Part shown: positions 28,589 to 36,771 of the stretch, one piece after another
Layout of the letters: every line of letters begins with the position of its first letter
How positions within the stretch are numbered: position 1 is the first letter of the stretch
IMG/VR virus record: IMGVR_UViG_3300049845_000291
Coordinates: 64,001 to 128,000 of that record
DNA length: 64,000 nucleotides
From: a virus
Reading direction: 5' to 3' (one strand)
The notes under the pieces: model-generated
The model's database searches: none
The model's input: the letters and a program-made list of their open reading frames with translations, nothing else
What the model was told of the DNA's origin: nothing
Made by a program: the position numbers and the translations under genes

Positions 28589-29046
28589 CGAGCCCCCAAG
28601 TACTCAGCGTAAGTGGAAAGTACCGCGCGAATGGAATGTCCACGCCCAGATGGTGACTCGATCTGCGTGACCTGCTTCAGCGGCAGAGTTTTCAGGTCCC
28701 CAGCCTCATCTTCGCCATGCACCTGAAGCCCTTCGGCTAGCCTGGTCTTGACGAGCTTGTAAGCTTTGAGGCGGATCTTGAGCTGCCCGAAGAACACAAT
28801 GTCGTCAGGCTGCGGAAGGTGAACCTTGCGCGAGAAGGCACCGACTGTTTCAAAGGCCCCACCATCAGGGTGAACAGGGGTCTTATTGATCCCGATGATG
28901 TCCTTGAAGGACACCGCCAAAGGCTCGGGGCCGTCCTGCTCTACGAAGACGGCTGGACTAGCACGGTACGGTGCGTACGATAGAACGCGCAAGACTTTCT
29001 TGTCTCGCGTCGTGATCGTGTCATTTTTGATTGGAACGACGAGCAT
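28585..29046 (-). CDS. Late hypothetical protein
   Basis: TAAATA 29067-29072, AGGA SD. Confidence 0.65.
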   Translation of the reverse strand: MLVVPIKNDTITTRDKKVLRVLSYAPYRASPAVFVEQDGPEPLAVSFKDIIGINKTPVHPDGGAFETVGAFSRKVHLPQPDDIVFFGQLKIRLKAYKLVKTRLAEGLQVHGEDEAGDLKTLPLKQVTQIESPSGRGHSIRAVLSTYAEYLGAR

Positions 29047-29083
29047 GCTAACCTAGGTCCTTCCTGTATTTACAGGTGCTAGG

Positions 29084-29257
29084 CTATTTCACGTTCAGCT
29101 CGTCGTCGTCATCCTTAAGGTCATCGAGCTCCTCTTCGAGTAGCTCTTCCTCTAGATCGCGCAGGTACTGCTTAAATGAAGCACGTCGCTTGCGCGCACC
29201 TTCATCAAAAACCTTGTCCTTTTTCTTGCGACTACGTGTGTCGACGTGGCTTCCCAT
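29084..29257 (-). CDS. 57-aa late protein, basic N-half and acidic C-half
   Basis: MGSHVDTRSRKKKDK...EEELLEEELDDLKDDDDELNVK; TAAATA 29285-29290; not in ORF track. Confidence 0.6.
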   Translation of the reverse strand: MGSHVDTRSRKKKDKVFDEGARKRRASFKQYLRDLEEELLEEELDDLKDDDDELNVK

Positions 29258-29283
29258 TCCCAACCTGCATGTTACGAGGCTCC

Positions 29284-29763
29284 TTATTTATCGCCTTCAG
29301 CAGGTGTACGGGTGTCCAGCACCCAAAGAGTGCTGTCAGGAAGGTAGCGTGAGATCAGGGCGCTGACAACCTGCCAGTCAGCGCCGCCCAGGCCGCAGCC
29401 GATTAGTGGGTGATGGCAATCAGCAGAGGTAAGGCTCAAACCTTGCAGCTGCCAGGCCAGGGTGGCAAGTGCTTCATCGAGGGCGTCGTACGACGTGTAC
29501 CGACGCTTCTCGCGGCCGTAATACCGCTGACCGAACAGGTTCGCCACGTAAAGATCGGGAGTTACCTTCAAGACCTGAACCAGACCAAGCAGCTCATGGT
29601 CTGAAAAGAGCTTGCAGCGCTCCTCGTACCGCTCCCAGACAATGGGGTACTTGGCGCGCAGCTCCTTTGCAATCCCGGAGGCCATGACTCCCTGGCAGTT
29701 CACCTGGTGCATGATGACGCCTTTGGTGACGCCTGTAACGAGATTGCCGTTCACGATCTTCAT
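29284..29763 (-). CDS. Macrodomain protein (Poa1p/DarG-TARG1-like)
   Basis: HQVNCQGVMASGIA, ANLFGQ, PLIGCGLGGADW. Confidence 0.9.
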   Translation of the reverse strand: MKIVNGNLVTGVTKGVIMHQVNCQGVMASGIAKELRAKYPIVWERYEERCKLFSDHELLGLVQVLKVTPDLYVANLFGQRYYGREKRRYTSYDALDEALATLAWQLQGLSLTSADCHHPLIGCGLGGADWQVVSALISRYLPDSTLWVLDTRTPAEGDK

Positions 29764-29850
29764 GGCGACGACCGGTGCATCCGGTCTCCTTGGTGGTTGG
29801 TACTGTGTCGGTAGCGATTCGGTGTCACCGGCGTCGTCTGGTGTCGTCGG

Positions 29851-30300
29851 TCAGGCGTCTGCATATTCCTTGGAGATTGACAGGAACTCGATTCGATCGA
29901 GCTCCCGCTGCAGCCGCTCCTCGGTCTTGACCGCGCGCTTCATGATCCTGAGCAAGGCGTACGCCAGGTCACGGTACTCGTGCCCAAGGTACTCGTGCGC
30001 CACGCTGCCGTCGCCTTTCCAGGACAAGCAGTAATCGATGACCTGCTCAATCAACAGGTGCTTGTCGGCGATGTTCTCGATCTTCGGTTCGTCAACAGCC
30101 CTGAGCGCCCGCTCATCGGCAACTCGCTTCGCGACTTCCTTGGAGAACAGCTCGTTCTCATGACAGCGTGAAAACGAGAACTTCAGGGTCTCATCGCCGT
30201 TGCGCTCAAACCGAAGACACACGCCGCCCTTTGGGTCAGTTTCGATCTCACAACGCTCAAGGTTCAGTCGAACAGGTCGTACATACCGATAGAAGATCAT
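29851..30300 (-). CDS. Hypothetical protein
   Basis: In operon after thyA. Confidence 0.65.
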   Translation of the reverse strand: MIFYRYVRPVRLNLERCEIETDPKGGVCLRFERNGDETLKFSFSRCHENELFSKEVAKRVADERALRAVDEPKIENIADKHLLIEQVIDYCLSWKGDGSVAHEYLGHEYRDLAYALLRIMKRAVKTEERLQRELDRIEFLSISKEYADA

Positions 30301-30301
30301 G

Positions 30302-31234
30302 TCAAGCTGCCATTTCAGCCTTGATGGGCGGGTGGGGGTTGTAGTTCAGGACGTTGAAGTTCGCTGTCGTGAACTGGTCGAAACGCGGCACGTCGCCATT
30401 GATCTCAATGATCGGCGGAACTCGGGTCGTCCTCCTAAGCTGCTCACGCACTTGATCAAAGTGATTGTGGTAAATGTGCGTGTCGCCCAGCACCATAATC
30501 AACCGATCAGCGATGCAGCCCGTCGTGTACGCCAACATGTACGTCAACAGGGCGTACGACGCGATGTTGAATGGCAGCCCGAGGAACGAGTCCACTGAGC
30601 GCTGGTACATCTGGCACGACAGCCGACGATCAGAGGTCACGAAGAACTGCGCGAACATGTGGCACGGTGGCAAGGCCATCTGGTCGAGCTCACCTGGGTT
30701 CCAGGCGCTAAGCACGATTCGGCGGTCCGTTGGGTTGTTCACAAGCTTGTCGGCGACCTGCTGCAGCTGATCGATCTGTGACTTCAGGACCTTCGCCCCG
30801 AAGTACGTCGTGCTGCCATCATCATGCGTCAGGTAGTCCTCGTACCCGTGAAGGCGGAAACTTTGCCAGTTCCGCCACTGCACACCGTACACGCGCCCCA
30901 GATCACCTTTGAAGGCCGGTTTGAAGCTCGAGCCAGAGGTGTGCTCAGCGTTCGGAGACCAGATCGTCTTCTTCTCTGGATCACGCGTCCCATGAAGCAG
31001 CTCAGCAAGGCGACGTTCGTCACCACTGCCCTCGATGAACCAAAGCAGCTCGGTCAGCACGGCCTTGAATGGCACTCGCTTCGTGGTTGCCAGCGGCAAC
31101 ATGCCGCCCAGCAGCTCAATCTCCAGGCGCTCACCGAACAGCGCCCTGGTTCCAACACCAGTCCGATCCATGCGGTCATCACCATGACGTAGGATCTTGT
31201 CGTACAACGCAAGCAGTTGATCTTCCCAGAACAT
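30302..31234 (-). CDS. thyA: Thymidylate synthase
   Basis: DRTGVGT, ELLWF, MALPPCH, YQRSVD..LGLPFNIASY, DTHIY.NH. Confidence 0.97.
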   Translation of the reverse strand: MFWEDQLLALYDKILRHGDDRMDRTGVGTRALFGERLEIELLGGMLPLATTKRVPFKAVLTELLWFIEGSGDERRLAELLHGTRDPEKKTIWSPNAEHTSGSSFKPAFKGDLGRVYGVQWRNWQSFRLHGYEDYLTHDDGSTTYFGAKVLKSQIDQLQQVADKLVNNPTDRRIVLSAWNPGELDQMALPPCHMFAQFFVTSDRRLSCQMYQRSVDSFLGLPFNIASYALLTYMLAYTTGCIADRLIMVLGDTHIYHNHFDQVREQLRRTTRVPPIIEINGDVPRFDQFTTANFNVLNYNPHPPIKAEMAA

Positions 31235-31752
31235 TATTCGATCCTCTTAATATTGGAGATTGGGACCTCGGTGACCAACCAGACCCCGTTGTCGGCTTGA
31301 TAGAACGGACACAACATGGACCTTGTGCTGATCTCAAGCAGCACCAGATCGCGTTTACGTCGGCCCCCGACGGCCCGTGCGTCGTCTTGGTTCTCTGAGA
31401 GATGGACGTGATGCCGCCTCATGCTCCGCAGTCCCTGCTTTTGGATGGTCTCCCAGGCCTGGTCATTGGTGCCATGGAAGAGCACAGGCGGCGGGGTCTT
31501 GATCGCGTACTTGACGCGCACCAGAGGTGTGCTGTGCCCTTGTACTGCCCGGATCTTCGTTCGATCCGCGTTCAGCGCGTACCGCTGCTTGTCGTCCTGC
31601 TCAACGATCTGCAGGATCTCGTCCAACTGCAGCGCGGTGTTTTGCAGAAGCTGCTCGATCGACACCCAACCCTGGGTGTCGATCGAGAGGTTTGCGGCTT
31701 CGGGCTTGTGCCGCAGCAGGTACGACAGGTACTTTGACGACTCGGTAAGCAT
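31234..31752 (-). CDS. kptA: RNA 2'-phosphotransferase Tpt1/KptA
   Basis: SKYLSYLLRH, DKQRY, IRAVQGHS, HGT, RHHVHLS, NGVWL. Confidence 0.93.
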   Translation of the reverse strand: MLTESSKYLSYLLRHKPEAANLSIDTQGWVSIEQLLQNTALQLDEILQIVEQDDKQRYALNADRTKIRAVQGHSTPLVRVKYAIKTPPPVLFHGTNDQAWETIQKQGLRSMRRHHVHLSENQDDARAVGGRRKRDLVLLEISTRSMLCPFYQADNGVWLVTEVPISNIKRIE

Positions 31753-31798
31753 GCGCCGATTTTAGCATCGCGCTGCTTTCCGAGCCCCAACGATTGGG

Positions 31799-32335
31799 TT
31801 ATGTCATTGGATCGGCTAGCTGATCTGCTAAGCGAAGCAGTTGGATGGCCGTTCCGACGATGCCTTCCGCCACCGTGGTCATGCGCAGGTCGTCGAAGCT
31901 TTCACGGTTACCGGCGACGTTCAGCACACCGATCTTGGAGGCCACAACGAAGGTGGCAAGCTCACGTGCAGACTTGTCGACGAGGCCGGACCACACGGTC
32001 CCGCCCGTAGAGTTCTTCAGATGCTCGGAAACGTCGATCACCAGCACGGGCTTGTTCGCGCGCCTGCACTGGTTCACGGTCAAGACCGAGCCCGGCGATG
32101 AGAGCTTCCACGAGATCAGGACCGTACCGTCGGAATCCGCGATGTTCCGGATCGTACGAGAGCGCAGGTCACCGCTTGCTTTCAGGTTCAGGAGTTGCAG
32201 CAGCGGATTCGGCCCCTTTGCCGTCTGGAACCCATCCGGTGCGGTGCCGCCGGTCGGCACGCTTTCCTTGAAGGCCGCGATCAAGCCGCCCTGGTCCGCG
32301 CCGGTCTGCCCGCCGCTGATGATCTTGCGAAGCAT
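31799..32335 (-). CDS. SLOG-superfamily ('putative molybdenum carrier') protein
   Basis: KIISGGQTGADQGGL, RT..N..DSDGT, LNVAGNRES. Confidence 0.85.
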   Translation of the reverse strand: MLRKIISGGQTGADQGGLIAAFKESVPTGGTAPDGFQTAKGPNPLLQLLNLKASGDLRSRTIRNIADSDGTVLISWKLSSPGSVLTVNQCRRANKPVLVIDVSEHLKNSTGGTVWSGLVDKSARELATFVVASKIGVLNVAGNRESFDDLRMTTVAEGIVGTAIQLLRLADQLADPMT

Positions 32336-32344
32336 GAGATGCCC

Positions 32345-33181
32345 TTAGGTGTTTGACCTGGTGGCATTATACAGCTCTTCAACCTTCTTGGGATCAATTT
32401 CTGTAACGGGCTGGAAGCGTGGCACGAGTCGCAGATACAGATCTCCACGGCCGGCTGTGGAGTCGCGGTTCCAGTTCCAGTACCCTCGGCCGGCGACCTT
32501 CAGGCGCTGCGTTCGGTACTCGAACGCGCTTGGCACGCGAACCTCGAGCTCCTTGTCGAGGAAGTCCTTGACCTTGATCCAAGAACCAACCATCATGTCG
32601 ATCGCGTTGACCTCGACTGGCAGCTCAAGATCGCCGCTGTAGAACATGCCGTTTGGGCTGCCCATCATGCGGAACTCAAAGGGCTCGGTCCGAATGCCGA
32701 TCCGGACGATGATACGACGAACGCGATCACCATCTGGGATTTGGTCCTCGTACGCCACCCCATGTGGCAGTCCCTGTCGAACATTGTACGACACGCTGCG
32801 CCCGTTGATGTTGATCGGAACACTGCAGCCCTCGTACGCCATCTTGAGCGTCAGCCCAAGGGTCACGGTAGGAGTGAACTCTTGGCGGTGCGCCTCATGG
32901 AAGGCCCGCAGGATCTCGTCGATCTCGCTTGGGCTGCCAGCAAACGACCATGACCCATGTGGCCCACGTTGTGGTCCTCGCTGTGCGCGATCCGCTGCAC
33001 CGCTGGTGATCTGCTCGTACGCCTCGCTGATCTGCTTGAACTTGACCTCGGCAGCGGCCTTCTCAGCCGCGTCTGTGAACTTGTCAGGATGGTGCTTCTG
33101 TGCAGCGCGACGATAAGCTTTCTTGATGTCCTCTTCGCTGTCGCCGCGCTTGACGCCAAGGACTTCGTATGGATCAGTCAA
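32345..33181 (-). CDS. DnaJ/CbpA-like co-chaperone (no Zn finger)
   Basis: J domain DPYEVLGV...IKKAYRR...HPD; C-terminal GRG...GDLY. Confidence 0.9.
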   Translation of the reverse strand: MTDPYEVLGVKRGDSEEDIKKAYRRAAQKHHPDKFTDAAEKAAAEVKFKQISEAYEQITSGAADRAQRGPQRGPHGSWSFAGSPSEIDEILRAFHEAHRQEFTPTVTLGLTLKMAYEGCSVPININGRSVSYNVRQGLPHGVAYEDQIPDGDRVRRIIVRIGIRTEPFEFRMMGSPNGMFYSGDLELPVEVNAIDMMVGSWIKVKDFLDKELEVRVPSAFEYRTQRLKVAGRGYWNWNRDSTAGRGDLYLRLVPRFQPVTEIDPKKVEELYNATRSNT

Positions 33182-33549
33182 GCCCAGTCTCCATTTCGGT
33201 ATTTCGTGATCACGGTGAGCATCAAGTACGTTGGGATCATCAGCATGATGAACAGTGTGCTGAGACCAAAGAACGAGTTGTACAGCAGGTACGTCAAGAT
33301 CCCGACGTTGATGACCACCCCGAGCGCGATTTTGCCGACCTTGGTCGGCTTACCACGCAATGCCTTGTGGATGTTTGACGTGTTGTCGGTCAGGTACATG
33401 ATGAGCAGGAAGCCCAGTATGGCGCTGATCATCAGGCCAATCAGCACGATCCAGACACCGAACAGGTACAAGAAGGCGCCGTGACCAGTGACCTCATGAA
33501 GAGCCAGCAGGCTCGGCGAGACCAGGATCAGCAGATCAGACAGTTTCAT
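33178..33549 (-). CDS. Multi-pass membrane protein
   Basis: 3-4 hydrophobic helices. Confidence 0.65.
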   Translation of the reverse strand: MKLSDLLILVSPSLLALHEVTGHGAFLYLFGVWIVLIGLMISAILGFLLIMYLTDNTSNIHKALRGKPTKVGKIALGVVINVGILTYLLYNSFFGLSTLFIMLMIPTYLMLTVITKYRNGDWA

Positions 33550-33814
33550 AGCACCCACCCAGCACGCCCTGCGCGTCGATCCATTCGTCAGAGCCTCGAC
33601 GCAGCACGTGACCATCAGCGATGATCGTGATTTGCAGCGGCTTCAGCCAGTCCTTGTACTTGGCCTCGTCCTCATGGCGCTTGAGAAACGCCTGAAGTGC
33701 ATCTCGTTCAGCTGGTAGGCTGAAGCGAGCATGGACGCTTGGTTCGTACTCATACACGCAACCAAGCGACACATTCAAGGTCTCTGGTCGATAGATGACG
33801 TACAACAAGTTCAT
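33536..33814 (-). CDS. Hypothetical protein
   Basis: In operon. Confidence 0.55.
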   Translation of the reverse strand: MNLLYVIYRPETLNVSLGCVYEYEPSVHARFSLPAERDALQAFLKRHEDEAKYKDWLKPLQITIIADGHVLRRGSDEWIDAQGVLGGCYETV

Positions 33815-34092
33815 GCCTTCTCCTCGTACTCGATTGGGTGCCCAAGTGCGTCTAGCACCACTACCAGGTCCTGCAGGGTGAAACCAGCGTCCAGCGACTT
33901 ATACAGCAGCAGCTCTTCTGGGTACGGCCAGACAGCTTCTTGCACGATGGAGAGCGTGGGTGGGTCGATCACTCGATCGACCGTGATCTTGATCATCGGG
34001 CCGGCGTGGCCACCAAGATCCTCTAGGTTTGGGGCTACAACCGTATCCCCATCGTTGATCTCGTTGCCTTTACGGCTTGAAAGAGTTCCCAT
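33811..34092 (-). CDS. Hypothetical protein
   Basis: In operon. Confidence 0.55.
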   Translation of the reverse strand: MGTLSSRKGNEINDGDTVVAPNLEDLGGHAGPMIKITVDRVIDPPTLSIVQEAVWPYPEELLLYKSLDAGFTLQDLVVVLDALGHPIEYEEKA

Positions 34093-34157
34093 GTTCGGTC
34101 CCCGTCGTCATGCCGTATCTTACGCATCGACGACGAGAACTTACAGGAAACAGAGGA

Positions 34158-34703
34158 TCAGTACGAGATCAGCTGATCGTACGCGTCAGTCTTTCGGTCC
34201 TTGAACTGTAGGAAGAAGAACCGCAGGACGTCATGCATCACCTTCTGGACAGCTGGCGGCAGGCTCTTGTACTGCTCCAGGTTGTTCAGCGGCATGGCGT
34301 CGACGTTGAACACCGCGGCCACGAACTCGCGCTCGGCCACCGCTGTGATCCTGAGCTGGCCTTGCTTGAACAGCATCAGGAGCGTCGGCTCACGGTTCAC
34401 GAGCACGCAGTACTCGACGAAGTCCATGCAGTCGTCGGCCTCAGTGATCGTGATCTTCGAGTTGACCTTGATCCCTTCAGTCCGACCAGAGACGTATCCC
34501 CAACCCATGAACTTGACCGGTGTCTCCACCTTAGGGATGCGTTGCCACGGGACCAAGGAACGCAACGAGTACGCGTGCGCCTTGAGCAGGGTGATCGCGG
34601 CGGTGAGCTCGCCGTCCGACATAGTGGCCTTAGGCGGTGGCGGCTTCGGTGTCGCCGGCGTCGCCTCGTGTCGCCGGAACAGTGCCAGAAAGTTCTTGAG
34701 CAT
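34158..34703 (-). CDS. Hypothetical protein
   Basis: Starts right after topoisomerase stop. Confidence 0.6.
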   Translation of the reverse strand: MLKNFLALFRRHEATPATPKPPPPKATMSDGELTAAITLLKAHAYSLRSLVPWQRIPKVETPVKFMGWGYVSGRTEGIKVNSKITITEADDCMDFVEYCVLVNREPTLLMLFKQGQLRITAVAEREFVAAVFNVDAMPLNNLEQYKSLPPAVQKVMHDVLRFFFLQFKDRKTDAYDQLISY

Positions 34704-34704
34704 G

Positions 34705-36048
34705 TTAGAACGGCAGCTTGAGCGCCTTGAGCTCACGTTTGAACATCTCGACCGCGCTGTCGTTCTGCAGGCCGGCCAGGTCTTGCTTCAGGTTCTCGAC
34801 GTCCTGCTCGAGCTCCTTGATCTTGTCGTGTGTCAGGTTCCGCATCGGCATGGCCAGCAGCTCGTCGTGCCGTTCAAACCCCTCGTTCACCAACCGCGCG
34901 ACCAGCTCCTTGTTCGGTGTGTCACGGAAGAACTTGTAGTTCGCCAGGTAGAACCGAATGAAGCGGATCTTGAGCGAGGCCCAGGCGATGTCAGCCGAGA
35001 TCTTGCGTAGCAGCGCCTGCCGACGGTCCTCGTACCGAGCGGTACGCCACTCAGTCCAGTGCTTGAGCAGGTCCTCGACGCTCTCAAACCTGGTCAGGAT
35101 CCCTTCGCCGTCCCACACCGTCAGGTTCTCGGTCGCGCGTGACACGAGCTTGAAGAGCTTCTTAAGCTCCTCATCGGTCTTCTGCAGCGTGCTGCGCGGC
35201 ACGCGGATCACGAACTCGAACCCGTTCTTGTCTGACAGGTTGTCGTAATCGGTGATGACGCCACGATCTTCGAGCTTGTCGAGATGTGCCTTGTACTGGT
35301 CGCTCTGCAAGCCAATCGGGAGCTCGGTCACCGTGATGGTGCAGGTCCGACCTTCCTTGACGGTGTACTTGCCTTCGATCACGACCTGACCAGTCTCGCG
35401 ATCGCGACTGATGGTCCCAGCAAACCCGCGCCACCATGGCGTCAGGGTGTGCGGCTTCAGCGCCCGCCCGTCAAGAACCTTGAGGATTGCGGCGCGCAGC
35501 TCCTCTGGGTTGTACGCCAGGATGTTGGTGCTGTGCCCGGTGCCCATGCCCTCGGCCCCGTTCACCAGGACCAGCGGGAGAATGGGACAGAAGAACCGTG
35601 GCTCGACGGCCATGCCGTTCGACATCACGTGCTCGAAGATCAGGTCATCGTCCTTGCGGATGAGCTGGCGAAACCATGGGGCGAGCTTGGTCTTGATGTA
35701 CCGTGAAGCTGAGGCGCGCTTGTTCAGCCGATCACCGAACTGACCGAACTTCTCGAACAACGGGATGTTGTTGCTGCCAGCGAAGTCCTGCGCCAGACCA
35801 ACGATCGTGCCCTCGAGCGACCCGACGCCATGGTGGTAATCGGTGGTGCTGGCCGCGGCGGCCGCGATGCGCTCGACAGTGTCCTTGTCGACGTTCTCAC
35901 CGCGCTTCATCATGCCCCAGACCGCCTTGCGGTGCGCCTGCTTCATGCCGTCCCCGATGAAGGGGATGCCACGCACGTTCGAGTGCGCGCTGTACAGGCG
36001 CAGCTTGTCGTCGATGAACTCCGACGCGGAGAGTACTTGATGGGTCAT
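34705..36048 (-). CDS. Type IIA topoisomerase cleavage subunit (T4 gp52-like)
   Basis: DGMKQAHRK, YHHG..SL, ASRY catalytic Tyr, LVNGAEGMGTG, ITELP. Confidence 0.93.
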   Translation of the reverse strand: MTHQVLSASEFIDDKLRLYSAHSNVRGIPFIGDGMKQAHRKAVWGMMKRGENVDKDTVERIAAAAASTTDYHHGVGSLEGTIVGLAQDFAGSNNIPLFEKFGQFGDRLNKRASASRYIKTKLAPWFRQLIRKDDDLIFEHVMSNGMAVEPRFFCPILPLVLVNGAEGMGTGHSTNILAYNPEELRAAILKVLDGRALKPHTLTPWWRGFAGTISRDRETGQVVIEGKYTVKEGRTCTITVTELPIGLQSDQYKAHLDKLEDRGVITDYDNLSDKNGFEFVIRVPRSTLQKTDEELKKLFKLVSRATENLTVWDGEGILTRFESVEDLLKHWTEWRTARYEDRRQALLRKISADIAWASLKIRFIRFYLANYKFFRDTPNKELVARLVNEGFERHDELLAMPMRNLTHDKIKELEQDVENLKQDLAGLQNDSAVEMFKRELKALKLPF

Positions 36049-36059
36049 AGTTGATTGTA

Positions 36060-36323
36060 TCATCGCATCGTTGTAGGGGTCAGCACGCACGGCACGATCT
36101 CGAGAACCGGAGAGACCTGGCTGTTCGAGCGCTCAACGCGACGACCAAGGTTCCACCAGATCGGAGTACGCCGAAGCAAGTCATTCATGCGGTCAAGTGC
36201 CTCTTGCGCCTGGATGCTTGTATGGAAGATGTGTGCGGTGTCAAAGGTCCCTAGTGCCACCCACCGAGTGGACTCAAGCCAGCTACCGCTGACCGCGTCT
36301 CGAATGGCGTACATGTGTCTCAT
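36060..36323 (-). CDS. Hypothetical protein
   Basis: GAGGA SD; lies between topoisomerase subunits. Confidence 0.5.
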   Translation of the reverse strand: MRHMYAIRDAVSGSWLESTRWVALGTFDTAHIFHTSIQAQEALDRMNDLLRRTPIWWNLGRRVERSNSQVSPVLEIVPCVLTPTTMR

Positions 36324-36402
36324 ACCGTTCCTCGGTACTGGCCGCAGGCCGCACAGAACCTGAGCTCCTTCATGTTCAGCTCTGACGGCAGCGGAAAGAT
36401 CA

Positions 36403-36771
36403 TCACTTCGACTCCTTCTTGGCCTTGACCTTCTTTTCGCGTTCGTTGAAGAACTGAGAGCACAGATCATCGGTCAAGGAGTTCATGTGTGAGATCAGCG
36501 ACAGCACGTCGCGGATCTCACCAGCGATGAAGAACTCCTTGACCTTCATGGAGCTCGTCTGCAGCAGCCTGATGGTGGCGCCGCGACGCTCACCAAGCGA
36601 AACGCGTCGGCCAGTCGTGACGTTGATCGAGTACAGGTACTCAGTTGACGAGAGCTTTGGATAGACCTTGAAGCTCTCATCACCAGCCACGACGTGCGTG
36701 CCGTCATCGCTTAGCGAGTACTCCTTGAGCACCCGACCGTTTGGTGCGCGAACGGTGCCGGCTCGCATCAC
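36403..36771 (-). CDS. Hypothetical protein
   Basis: Overlaps topoisomerase stop. Confidence 0.6.
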   Translation of the reverse strand: MMRAGTVRAPNGRVLKEYSLSDDGTHVVAGDESFKVYPKLSSTEYLYSINVTTGRRVSLGERRGATIRLLQTSSMKVKEFFIAGEIRDVLSLISHMNSLTDDLCSQFFNEREKKVKAKKESK

